A stretch of 64,000 nucleotides of DNA. Origin: Octopus sinensis. Lineage: Eukaryota. Where the stretch lies: assembly GCF_006345805.1 (NCBI RefSeq), contig NC_043008.1, positions 29,140,001 through 29,204,000 of the forward strand, read 5' to 3'. Of this stretch, positions 13,454-26,670 are shown piece after piece; position 1 is the stretch's first letter; every line of letters starts with the position of its first letter. A model generated the notes under the pieces. It had not been told where the DNA came from. It saw only the letters and a program-made list of their open reading frames with translations, and made no database searches. Position numbers and translations under genes: made by a program.

Positions 13454-15711
13454 CATGTGTAATATATATATATGTGTGTGTGTGTATGTGTGTGTATATA
13501 TCACTACATATGTGCATAGTGTTATGTTTTTGAAGTATTATCATACCTATAATGGATATATACATTCACGCCATTTCGCTTCTTTCATTATATTTTGCTG
13601 CGAATACACAATTGACACAATTAACTAACAGACTGTTTCAATAACTATTCGATCGGTGAATCACTCAGCTGTGCTCTTCAGGGCCAATTTTCCGACATTC
13701 ATGGCATTATCAAAGGCATCCAAGTTCACATCTTCATGAATATACGTAGCCAGTATGTAAATTACTAGAATTCTCACATCTCCTCGATCTTAAACAGGTC
13801 CATCCACGACTTTGCTCCATACGATATATCTGACCGGATGTTGGGAAACGAGGAGGTTCTATTAGGAAACTGTTCAATTTACGTTAACACAAAGCGTTTC
13901 ATTTGAACAATAATAATTTACTTATTACCAGCATTGAAAGTGATTTATTTCAGGACAGTTTTGAGATGCTGGATATCTGCATTCAATGGTGAAAGTAAAC
14001 AGTTACACCAGACAAAACCTATTCTGCTTACTTCACACATGGCAACTCCAGAACAATTATTATAAAATATAGACCTCTTGAGTGACATGTCTTTTTAATT
14101 TAGACTTGGGAGTACCGTGTCGTGTATGAAGATTCCATAACCAACATGATGTAGGAACAGTTTCAAGTGGACGAATTGGGGGGTGACAACTTCGTACTTA
14201 GAGAGGCAAGACGATATTGGATTCGTGGGACACGGATTGACTTTAAACTGCGTGGAGCATGTTTTGATTAAACTGCTTGGAGTATCATTTGATAACAACA
14301 CAAAGTGAGCGTTATTTAACCACTTTAGATTTTGAGATTCAAAACAGCTTCCATACATAATGGAAGACTACAATATACAAAAAGTCCTCACAAACTCATA
14401 ACACACAACTGAATGAACAAAAAGAAAAAAATGCAGTTTATTGGACTTTCACTATATTTGAACGCTCCAAACAGTCAAAGTAAAATATACAAAGACATTG
14501 GGGAATCATACACTGTGTGAAACAGTATACTTCTTTTCAGCAGTCCATTTTCATCGTTTATTTTTTCAAAACAACCAAAACAGTGTTGTTAGACATTTCA
14601 CACTTCCGCAGTCAGAGAAACACAAAACACATGCTTGAGCACATTTTGGAGGATTTATCAGTTTCTTTCTTTTAGTAGCGAGTTAATGCATGACAGCATG
14701 AGAAATTTGTGTGTGTGTGTGAGTGTTTCTGTGACAACAGAGGTGAATTAAAGTTTTTTTCATGTCACAATTCCCAAAAGCTCTTTAAGACATATCGGCA
14801 GAAATCTACAAAAACGAAAGTGGTTAAATGATATGGCAGAATTTCCTACTTTGAAAATTGAACATACAGTCACAACATGCAGTCTACTGCATTCACTTTA
14901 AAAGAGCTCTATTCCAGTTGCACACACGGTCTTCAAAGCCTTCTAATTAACAACAAGAGCTTCCAAATTATTGCAAGGGATTTCTCATAAAATGAGATTA
15001 TCATAAAATGGGAATTTTGGACGTCCACCTGAGATCCCTCTAGTCACTATTTGCATGAAAATGTCCAACTTTGACAGCAGCTTGGCCGACATCCAAATTA
15101 CATTGCCAACTCAGTGGAGAATACAACCTCTAATGGCTGTTCCTTGGGACAACCTGAAGTACCCTCAGTGCTACAGTATCTATACTGTTCGGTGTTGTGA
15201 TTCACGTCTGCTCTCATGAGAATCAATGTGTAGGAGGTGGAAAAGAAAAGACATGCTGGATCGACTCTGTCACCACGTTTGATAGCCTGTCAAAAGTAAG
15301 AAAGCGAGCGTGTCATAAGCGTATACATTCGTTTATTTGGTCGAAACAGTTCGCAATTTAAGAAAAGGTTAAACGAAAAGAGGTGTGGAATTGCCTTCTC
15401 AGTAATCATCGATGTTTTAGATCCTTCTAATTAGTGTGTCACTAATTCATTTCTTAGCAAATAGAAACATTTTAAAATCGTAATATTTCAGTTCGTGAAC
15501 TGTATAACCTTTCGACACTCCCTTTCGATTATCAGTGAAACTTTTCCTTCTTTGGAGAGCGGAGATACATTTCCATATTTCTTTGATTAGATCTTGCCAT
15601 ACTGGCTCATAAGAACCATTGTCACCACTATCAACAAAAACGATGACATCTCCGCTACCATCACCATCAGCAATCATCATCGTCGTCGACGTCGTCGTAA
15701 TGTTCATCATT

Positions 15712-15718
15712 ATTATAG

Positions 15719-15756
<38 letters not shown>

Positions 15757-15790
15757 ATTATTATTATTATTGTTATTATTATTATGATTG
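15712..15790. repeat. (TTG)n(TTA)n microsatellite
   Basis: Direct inspection. Confidence 0.95.
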
Positions 15791-15970
15791 AGTGAGAGAG
15801 CAGTGCATGACACTGGGGTAAAATATACGAAGCCCAGTACACCCATCAGTGACTACGCGTCTGATCAGGGTACAATAGGCACATGCATCACAACAATGTG
15901 TGCGCGACATGTTGATCTCATATCAAGATAAACAGCACATTACTTGCAGGTGGGGCCCAATTAGAATTTT
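15788..15970 (-). mobile_element. Dispersed repeat, probably the 3' end of a (TAA)-tailed LINE
   Basis: Homologous to 28595-28945 (GACACTGGGG..ACGAAGCCCA..TAAACAGC). Both copies directly follow a trinucleotide array. Confidence 0.6.
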
Positions 15971-15974
15971 AGAA

Positions 15975-18075
15975 ATGAGGTATTAAAATTGGTGTGGGCA
16001 TTGGCCTCTTCTGTATCCCTGACCCAACGTGCATTCTGATTAAACTACTTTGGATTACTCCAAATGTTGTTTTCTAAAAATCAGTTAGAAATGAGCTATT
16101 AAAATCAAAGATAGACAAAAAATAGAGCAATGTACACAAACAGCCTGCATGGATGGGAAGAATAAACCGGCAAATAATCCAACTAAGGGCAGATATATAT
16201 TTTCTAATTGGAGCAGAATAACTGCTAAACATGGCCTTTACAAGAAAACAAAGGTTACACAGATTGAAATCCTCAAATGAAAACTGCAATTAAAAACTAA
16301 ACGACTTGCAAGGTACAAAAAAAAAACGCTCAGCATCCCTTAGACAAAACATACTATTCAAGGAGAAAATAAACAAATTCTACAGGAACTGGGGGAAAAT
16401 ATCATTTTTGGGAAAACACCTACTCCCCAGCAGGAAACAGATGTTTAGAAAAACATTGGATTAATATAACGGAGTTTAATTAGAATGCACAGTAGGTGAG
16501 CGATATAGAAAAGACCAATGCCCACATCAAATATCAAGAATGGCAGTATATAACAACTGAAGAAGTGAAATCGGCGCTAGCCAAGTCAAAGAAATGAAAA
16601 TCCCCAGGCATAGAGAAGATTCCAAATTTCGGATTAAACTCTTTAATGAACACTCACCACAATTTGGCTGTAGCACACAAGGAAGTCATGTCAACCCTTA
16701 CGAAAACCCTAAAGTGGCTTGCCGAAGGGATTACATATCTCTTCCTAAACACAGATGAAAAATGTACTGAATGCACCATCCAAAATTAGATATAGACAGG
16801 ATTTATTTCCCAAGAAAAATAGTTGGAAGAGGCTTGATGCAGCTCAAACAATCCTTGAAAGCGGCAATAATAGGCCTTGAAACGTACCTTAATACAAAAA
16901 GTGATGTGCTCTTTCGAACCGCTAGAAGCATGAAGATTCCAAGCAAGCTTCAATCATGAAGCTTAGTCAGAAATTTTAAAAAGTCTCTTGGCCTACAAGT
17001 TAACAATAAGAAAGACCAAAGACACCCAAATACTGACAGACCTATCATTGCTTCTCCTGATTTCAAAATTTACAATCAGAAAGACCAACGAGATCCAAAG
17101 AGTGACAAACCTATTGTGGATGCAAAAAACATCAAACAAATAGCAAAGATGGCTTGCATGAACAATATCGAAGACAACTGGAAAGGCAAATTCCTGCATG
17201 GAAAATACCCTAACTGCCTGTCCAAACCAGATATTGATCAAAATCTAACACACCAAAAGCTACAAGGGACATGTTTGAAATGGGAAATACATGGATTTGT
17301 TATTGCAGCATAAGATCAGAGCTTACTAACCAGAAACTACCATGCAAACGTCCTTAGAAAACGGATCTGATCCCTCATGCAGAATTTGTGGAAAATTCAC
17401 AGAGACAATTGAACATGTTGTTTCTTGCTGCCCATTCCTCGCTGAAAAGGAGTATCTCATAAGACATGACAGACTAGGGCAGTACATCCACTGGAATGCT
17501 CGTAAATACTACAAAATTAAATCCTATGATAAGTGATACAGGCACCATCCAGAGGATGTAGTAAATGGCGAGAGCGTCACTATCTTTTGGAACTTCTCAA
17601 TATAAGCAGACAGACAAATTGATTCGAATTGACCAGACATTGTGATCAAGGACATCAGCAGAGGAATTTGTCTGTTGATAGATATGTCAGTCCCACAATA
17701 TCAAAATGCCTCAAGAAAAGGATACGAAAAGCTGTCTCAGATCTTTAGATCTGCAAACTAAAATCTCAAAAATGTGGAAGCTTAGTACTACGATAATACC
17801 AGTAGTTAATAGTGCATTGGGAATGATAAAGAAGGGAGCTGAGAAGTATATTAAGCAACTCGCTGGTAACTCCAATCTCTGTAAACTGCAAAAGATAACC
17901 TTCATGGGTACAGCCTATACAGTAGAGAAAGCACACTTCGTCTAAAATGGAATAAATGTGGTGATAATTTTAGCGTGTATAGCGAAACAAAAGTGTCCTT
18001 GCTACTCTTAGCCTCCGAAGAATACCCAGTACAAAGGCAGCTGAAATAATGTTATTATGAAAAGAGACCATCATT
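15975..18075 (+). mobile_element. R4/Dong-like retrotransposon with RT core deleted; CCHC and REL endonuclease remnants
   Basis: KSPGIEKIPNF..WLAEGITYL, then MHHPKLDIDRIYFPRKIVGRGL, CRICGKFTETIEHVVSCC..RHD, PDIVIKD..LLIDMSVP and IIPVVNSALG. Confidence 0.9.
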
Positions 18076-18187
18076 AATAATAATTATTATTATTTCTTTA
18101 TTGCCTACATGGGGCAATAATAATAATAATATAATAATAATAATAATAATAATAGTAATAATAATAACAACAACGATAATAATAATT

Positions 18188-18820
18188 TATTTTATTCGCC
18201 CCAAGCGCCCAAAACATGGAGAGCAATATCGAAGCACGAGCTACAGCAAAAAAAAAACAAAACAAAAACGAAAAATATACAAAACCAAAAAACAGGAACA
18301 GGTGATATTTACATCAATCAAAGGGAGATACTACCACTTTAAGGAATATAACAGAGACTATATAATAGAATAGAGAGAAATAAATAACAAACAAATAAAC
18401 AATTAGAATCCTTAATAGTGAGGCTGTCCAGTTAGAGTAATCTGTGATATATCTCACGCAAAAAAATTCCGGATTACTCTTCCATCCCCAAAGCATGGCC
18501 AAGTACCCTCTTCCAGTTTCTTTCCTCCTGTTTAAAAAAACATAGTCAGAGTCGATCTATTCACTCTCACCAGTTTTGCCACTATCGACCACTTTTTGAT
18601 AAACACACTAGAAGACAGCACCTCCCTCTCTCTACCTTCACTTTCCTCTTTAAATGATATTTGAAAAAAATTGATGAAGGCTTGGCCACAAAAGAAAGTG
18701 AACGTCATCAAAAGTTTCAGACGGGTCCACAGACAGCGCCTTTTGCTACAGCCACTAAGCAGTGAAAGATATACCTTCCTTCGCTGCTACTAGAAAGTGG
18801 TGCGTCGATTTTCGCTATAT
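18188..18820 (-). mobile_element. 3' fragment of a second L1/Tx1-like LINE, embedded in (TAA)n
   Basis: Minus strand (with frameshifts) EGRYIFHCLVAVAK../WTRLK..GQAFINFFKYHLKRKVKVER matches the C-terminus of ORF 10218-11795. Confidence 0.85.
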
Positions 18821-18822
18821 AA

Positions 18823-18832
18823 AATAATAATG

Positions 18833-18904
<72 letters not shown>

Positions 18905-19045
18905 GCTTCAATAGGACGAACAACAGCAACAACGACGACGATGACAACAGCAACAACAACAACAATAACAATAATAATAATAATAATAATAGTAATAATA
19001 CTATTACTGATAATAATAATGATAAGAATCTTCATCATCATCATT
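18823..19045. repeat. (TAA)n/(CAA)n/(CAT)n compound microsatellite
   Basis: Direct inspection. Confidence 0.95.
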
Positions 19046-20111
19046 ATCTTCCTCTTCTTGTTTTCCTCTATTTCATTCTCTCTTTCCTTGCAACATATAT
19101 AAGACAAGTATCATTTATATGACCGACAGAGCTACACAGCAGCCAGAATTCTTTGAAGAAGTCAGCAGACCATAAATTTAAATATAATTTATAAATATTT
19201 GTATATGCTCCTACCTAGACAAGAATATCTTACGCATAAATAATACCTGACCTACATACACACATGCATATAACAAACTTTCATAACATACATATTCAGG
19301 CACACAAACATATAACGCATTTTATTAGACTGGATATGTGTATACTTAAATCATATCAAGTATTTGGTTTGTTTATATTGATCCTATTAACTTCTTGGAT
19401 TTTCAATATATGGGTTTGTATTCATTTTATGTTCTCTTGATAGTTTATTTCTTTGACATAACATGTATTTCATCCTTTCAGTTCCAGTATAGAATGTAAG
19501 GGACTGTCTATATACGTATATCATTTTATGTGTGTGTGTGTGTGTGTGTGCCCGCGCGCAGTTGCGTGTGAGCGTGTGTGTGTGTGAGTGACAGAGAGAG
19601 AGAGAGAATGAAAGAGCGAGTGAGGCTGGGCGTACGCTCATCTCATGCATGCGTACATAGGTAGACATATATATAAACGTACGTGTGTATGTATATGCAT
19701 GTGTTTATGAGTGTCTGTGTTTGTGTCTATGTGTGGGTACTCTTGAAACGAAACATTTTATATAATTGCCATGTCAGAATCAAGGAGTTTGATCAAGCCT
19801 TTTGGGAGCTGCTATGTATAAACTACAAACTAGATATACCTTAATGATTTATGTTAGCAGAAAATTATAAGACTGATAGAATTCATTCTCAATGAAGACT
19901 TGAATTTATTGCTCGCAATCAAATTCTATGCAAATATTTTATTGTTGTAATTGAGGAATATTGAACTTAGTCTCTTCTATCGAAATGCATAGCCATAAAA
20001 TATAAGTTAAATTTATTTAATTAAAATTTCTGCGTCTATGCATTTACTACTTGCTTCCTGCAGTTCTGCTATGCAAGAATTACACAAAATAGAATGGCTA
20101 ATATAAATCAT

Positions 20112-20324
20112 TCTTCAGTTATTGGCACAAGGCTTTCAATTTTTCAAGGGAGGGATAGTAGAATACACCAACCCTACTGGTCTACTGGTACTTATTTTAT
20201 CGACCACGATAGAATGGACCACTAAACCGATCTCGGTGAAATTTGAACTCAGATTAAAAGGCAGACGAAATGCTATCAAGAATCTCGTCCGATGAGCTAA
20301 TGATTCTGCCAGCTCACCGCCTTT
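20112..20324 (-). mobile_element. SINE family B
   Basis: TTCTGCCAGCTCACCGCCTT head in reverse orientation and a GAACTCAGA B-box region. Confidence 0.8.
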
Positions 20325-20869
20325 AAACGCTCTATTATAATATCATAAATCTCAGTTGACAATGTTCTCCCACATATATGCGGAATGATATTGGATTATT
20401 CTCAAACCCATTTCTTCATTTGTCCTGACGAAGTCCTTGCCACAGAATATCGAAGGTAGACAGATTGCAGAACCACTCGGTTGCGGTGACGTAAACACAT
20501 CAACAACGGTTGTCAAGCAGAAGAAACACAGACAGAAGTACTCGTGCACGCGCACGCGCGCGCACCCACACTCTTAGACGACAAGCATTCTTCAAATTAT
20601 TTCTACTAAATCCACTCATAAGACTTCAGAAAATCCGGTGCTATAGTACTTTAAGAGACACTCTGTGCGACCGGATCCACAACTTTGTGCTATCTTTGTA
20701 CCACACAATCACGCCTCATCTTAGTATTTCATTTCGTATTTTTTCGGCCAAAATAATTCTTAAAGAAAAATATGGCATTTCCTTACAACGAAAGTACTTC
20801 GCGGATTCTGTGACTTCGCATTGTCATCTTGTCATTGATCGAATAATATCTTTATTCTTTTATCGAGGA

Positions 20870-23800
20870 ATCATGCAGTCAAGCGGATTGCCAGGGCCAG
20901 CGTATTTACCTCTCTCCATCTCTCCTCATCTTCCACTAGTGTCTTTAGGTCTTCAGTTTGGCATCCGAAATCTTCTGCAAGCTGTTGTATATACGTTTTC
21001 CGTGGTCTACCGCTGAGTTACCATGATTTAGTGTCCACAGCAACACATTACTCACTAGTTCTTTACTTCTCCAGCAGTGGCCAGCAAACCTGAATCTCTA
21101 CATTCCTATATAACCGTTTTTTTTTTCTTTTTCGCTTCTCCCTCCAAGAGATGATGAGCACTGCACGTAGCATTCTAATGTAGGTATCGTCCCGCATGCA
21201 CCCCGAGTCTCTTGGTGAAAGTCCAAGTCGGAGATCCATATACAAGCACAGAATCAACAACTGCTTTGAAGAACTGTCTCTTCAATTTATCAAGTAGGTT
21301 TGACTTCCATATTGTTCTAAAACAGACTATAGCTGCCCAAGCCTTAGCAACGCATGATTTAACGTTTTCCAGTGGACACGATATTGCTCCCTATTGATTT
21401 TTTTCAAGGGCTTTTGTTTGAGAGTCCTGACCTCACCTGTTGTATTCAGGGCGACAAACTCAGTCTTCTTTTTATTCACATATAGATGTATGTTAGCGGC
21501 AGCACTTTCCTGGAGATGGAGTTACTATTCAGCATCTTTTGTGTTATCTGCGAAGATAACACAAAAAGGTGGCCAGGTATCTACTGCCTCTAGACTTCTG
21601 TAAAGTGAAACCCAGATCATTGTGTTGATCTATTGAGGTACGCAACACATAATTGAGTCACAGGATGAACAAGCAAGGAGCTAGTGTGTCACCCTGCAGT
21701 ACTCCTGCACAAACATCAGAAATCACTATCTCTATCTGGTCACTGCACGAGTGATTTTATACAGCATCGTTGTTGCATTTATTGTTTCATCAGGGATTCC
21801 ATATGCCCTATGGATTTCTGCCATCTTATCTCTGTTTGTGTACAGAGACAAAGATCTTGGAGAAATCAACAAAGAACAGAACTGCATAAATGTATTTGGC
21901 TCGTACTCCATCCAATACCCTTCTAACTGTCAAAATTTTACCAGATGTAGAGCGGCTCTTCTTGATTCCATTTTGATCTTGCCTAAGAACTCTTTCAAAT
22001 TTAGGTTGGATTCGATTGAGTAGCAATGCATTGTAAATCTTCGCTGAAATTGCTGTTAATGTAATTCCTCTGTAGTTTACTGCAAAGCCCAGATCGCGTT
22101 TTGGTGGGAAACGTAGAATACAACCTTCTGATTTGTGTTTTATCTCGCTTTGATGATATAATGATTTACACGATTTGTGAAGAGTGTCATTGAAATTTTC
22201 CAGACTTCAGGGGGGTGGGATGTCATCCAATTCTGCAGCCTTTCGATTTATAGTCTTCTTCACTACGACTTCAAGCTCTTCTATCGAAAGTATGCAGGAC
22301 CTCCTCAACAATAAGAGGGATCCGCTGGTTTGATGTATTCGGTGATTTCCCAAGAAGGTTTTGAAGATGGTCTTTCAACCTCTCTTTGGGGGAGTTCTTT
22401 CATCTGCCACGCCAAAGACGACTGTTTGCTGTCTTCTGCGCTTTTTGATTTTGTCGAGTTGGCTTTTCTGTCTGATATAATACATTAATTTCTTTCAGCT
22501 TCTTCATTTTACTATTTTTATTTCTTCTCGTAGGATTCCTGTTGTGCTGTTTATATTATTTTCTTTACGTTAGTTATTTTAGCGAGTACTGTGTCGCTTT
22601 CCCAGGAGGCTCTTCGTTTCACCTTCGGTCTCAAAGGAAGGCATTTTTCAGCAGCCTCAGAATGAGCTTGAATGAAGTTGAGATATGTTGTGGTTGGTGT
22701 GTGATCTTCGTTCGCATCTTTTAACGCATCGTAGTGATTTCTGAGATTGATCGTGAAGTAATTTTGGACATACTCATTGCACGTCAGAATAGCCCAGTTG
22801 TAGGTCGGTATTGATGTTCCTTTTATTTTGTTTGCTCAGAAGCTTACCTGCAGCTTAGATGTGTCCACTCGATGGTCAGATGATACATCAAAGCGAGTGT
22901 TGTATGCTTCATAGTTGTGGCAGCTGTTAATCCACTTTTGGTTCATAAGATAGTCTAGCTGAGTTTTAAATCCGATTGGGGAAGTATGCGTCCACTGTAT
23001 TCCCGGTCTCTTCTAAAAGTAATGTTCAGGCATTGTAGTTTGTTTTCTACCAATAAATGTGCAAAATGTTCTCCACTTCTGTTTGAAGTTTGATGGAACG
23101 AATATATATGATGGGGATTGTCATAGCTTAATTGTGCATTCATATCTCCGCCAATGATGTGGATTTTGTGTTTTGGTGTAGATTATAAAACAGACGATAA
23201 ATCATTGCAAAACTTTATGACCACTTGTTCATCGCTAACATTTTTTAGGATGTACGCAGCAGTAGAACGGTTACCGTTAAAATTGGCTACTATTATTCTA
23301 GATGTTATTTTCTCAATGCTGTTTAGTGATTTCAGAGCATGCGAGCTGAGTAACAGAATGCTATTAATAGAATTTTTCCATACAGATACAGACACAAAAT
23401 TCCAATTGTTATCGAGTTCATGATGCTTTAAATCATGAACATCATGGAAGAGATAGTGTTCCTGTACGCACAAGATGCCAATAGGAAAGCTGATAGCCAA
23501 TGCAGCATGTTCTGATATTTGAGACATAGATTTCAATGTTCTTACAGTGAAAGTCGAAACTGTAACAGGAAGCTTGCGTCTGATAAATTTCAAACACAGA
23601 GGCCAGAACCGGTGCCTCTGGTCGCGACGATCGATGCGGTATGAGTTTCCGGAATGATCTATTGTCAGGACTAGTATTTCGAAAGCTCAGTATAATCATC
23701 AGTGTGAGCCACGTCTATTGATGATCGCAGAATTTCTCTGACTGAAATGTTTGACCCTGGCCATTGATCATTTTCGGATTTCTCTTCCAAGAATCATGTG

Positions 23801-24078
23801 CACCTTACCGTTGAATGGATTGACAGTTCTTCCGCCAAGGTTTCACACCTGCCATGCTGCTCCCCTATGCAGGTAGCCAGAGCTGCGTTTGCCAGTTTGG
23901 GTTCAACATCAACCTGCCCGCCTTGGTGATCTTCCTGTTCAAGGCCTGAACAGGAAAATGTCTCTTTCTTCGGACGGCATAACTTAATGAGATAATCCCA
24001 GACTGTTGCCGTCACCACACGAACTATGGCGAAGAGCTGGACTAGTAAATTGGCTATATCGCTTGGTTTTATCCAAGA
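20870..24078 (-). mobile_element. Near full-length decayed RTE-like LINE (APE endonuclease + RT)
   Basis: APE fragments VSTFTVRTL..LCVQEH..WKNSINS and GGDMNAQL. RT fragments NYRGITLTAISAKIYN, QNG..RST..FFVDFSK and GVLQGDTLAP. A GC-richer 5' UTR lies at 23600-24078. Confidence 0.88.
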
Positions 24079-24140
24079 CATACTTTGCGTTATGCATCTT
24101 TCTGTTTATCCATAAAGTACTCATATATCATGATCACGTT

Positions 24141-25230
24141 ATACACCAGTTCGAAATTTTCCGCTTATCGGCTAACAAAAATACTCTCGTGGAACGTAAC
24201 CAAGTGAGGTTTCATTTTCAACATAGCCGACCTTGTGGTACACACACTTCTTCCTTCGGTGTTGCAGTGCCTGGATACTATTGGCGAAGCTAACATCCTG
24301 TTGGTGAAAAAGTCATCAACAACAGATATGACGTCATCACCACTGCGATACTGGTTACCAGACAAGTGTTATTTTTTCTTAAGGAACAAATGATAAGCAA
24401 GTGGAACCAAATGAAGAGAATAGGGAGGGCGATCAACTTGTTCCAATCCACACTCACGCACAAGAAGCATTTAAACAAGACCCGTTTCGTCAGATTTCCT
24501 GGGAGTGTGATCTTGATAACCTTCTGCAATTGCCTTAGCACATTAGCACAGCGCTAATGATGATGTCTTCCATTTGATAACACACAATACCCTTTGTATC
24601 CCAAAAGCCTGAGGCCATCAACTTCCCAGCAGGTGAAAATACCTTGCAGCAGATGAAGACGAGTGTTTTCACAGTATGGGTTGTCTCCTTGTAATTAGCT
24701 CAGCGTGATGCATCCTACACGCATCGTGGCTAAGGGAACGTTGATTGAAAACAGTTAACTGTGCCTCAAACAATGTCAGATTGTCATGTGTTGTGATCAG
24801 TCTGGTGTGCGTTTAATTAATTGTCAGACGACGAGATACTCACCAAACAAAAGCCTTCGTCATGCAAAGTTCATTGTGGAAAATATGTATTCTCTGTTCT
24901 CTCGTGGCATATGCTAATAGCACTGTCTATTTGATTTATCGTTAATCGCCTCTCATCCAACAGTATGTGGTGAATACGAGCAATTGTTGTCCAATTTCAA
25001 GACTAGTTGCTATTAGTTAGCTTTGAAATTTGTCAACAATCACATGTCATTTAACCGTGAATCAATTCAGTTATTGATCAGAAGGGATCGAATTTAATGC
25101 ATGAATGTTTCCACAACTCTAGCCTTACGCTTTCATATTTAGCCAATAAAGTTAGTAGTCCACACTCGAACATGTTCTTTTATTATTTTGCTTTAATTCA
25201 TTTAGTTACTATGGTTTTCAACAAGCTCGT
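24141..25230 (-). mobile_element. Second mariner family, decayed
   Basis: Fragments RRLTINQI..HNELCMTK, AGKLMASGFWD, VDRPPYS..YHLF and GNQYRSGDDVISVVDDFF. Confidence 0.85.
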
Positions 25231-25418
25231 ATTAATGGGAAAATGCTACGGTGAACATTTAGTGATATGAAAATGTTAATAAGAGTTTATGCCTCCGGAA
25301 CTTACATCGACATCATGTAAAATGTTGAATAGGTTTGTATGTGTGTGTGCGTGTGTGTGTGCGAGCGTGCATGCACTTTGATATATGCATATACTAATGC
25401 ATACGCACATATGCAAGT

Positions 25419-25479
<61 letters not shown>

Positions 25480-26416
25480 CATATATATAGTACATACATG
25501 ATACATACATACATATAAGTTCATATATTCATATACATATGTTTGTGACTATGTGTTCCTGTGTCTCTGTATGTGTGTGCGTGCGAGTGCGTGCGTGAAT
25601 GTGTGTGTTTGTGTGTAATTAGACAGACAGGGAGAGAAAGAGCGTTAGAGAAAGAGAGAGAGGTGGGGGCATAAGAATATATATTTCTGAGAAAGAGAAG
25701 GTATGGGAGAGAAATGTAACCTCTGTGTATCCATTTCTTTTGATAGAACATATATTTTGTCCGATGAAATTTCTATTTATTTCAGAAACCATTTAAATCC
25801 TACAATGGCACTAATGTCCTTGAGAATAACATTAACGTCCCCCATTTCATTATCCCAACCCACCAATAAAATCAAACAAACAGGCAATTCATTTTGAAAA
25901 TTGGTGAAAGAACCCTCTTATATGTGAATCAATAAATGTCTAGAAAGACAGTTACCAATTCAGTCGCTTAGATGGAAAGAATCTTGCTTTTGTGCAGTCT
26001 CGTTTCCTTCTTTTATATTGACACGCGATCACGATTAAGCTTCTATTTTAGTTAATGTACTCAGCTGAAATAAAGATTATAAATATCTAAATGTTACGTG
26101 ATTGGGCTTAACAAGTATGATCTTTTGTTTCGCCACTTGATTGTTCGATATTTCAGTAAGTAGCTGGGGTCCTTCAAATGACCGAAACAAAGTGAAGAAT
26201 AAAATGTACTAGAGTTATTTACTTTGTTATCTCTGAATTTTCATAATTGCAATTTTCACTGGAAGCGTCTTTTGTCTTACATCTCTTTGTATCGATATTA
26301 ATTCTTCATTTTTTATTGAATCGGTATGTTTTCAGTATTCTCAGTCCCTCCGAGAGAGACACATTTCTTTTTATTTTAATTGATAAATTAGTTGATGATA
26401 TACTGAATGCGTACAC

Positions 26417-26670
<254 letters not shown>

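Noticed and set aside
20510-21016. 168-aa ORF as a host gene
   Set aside because: It spans a SINE fragment, simple repeat and the antisense RTE 3' end, with no recognisable domain.
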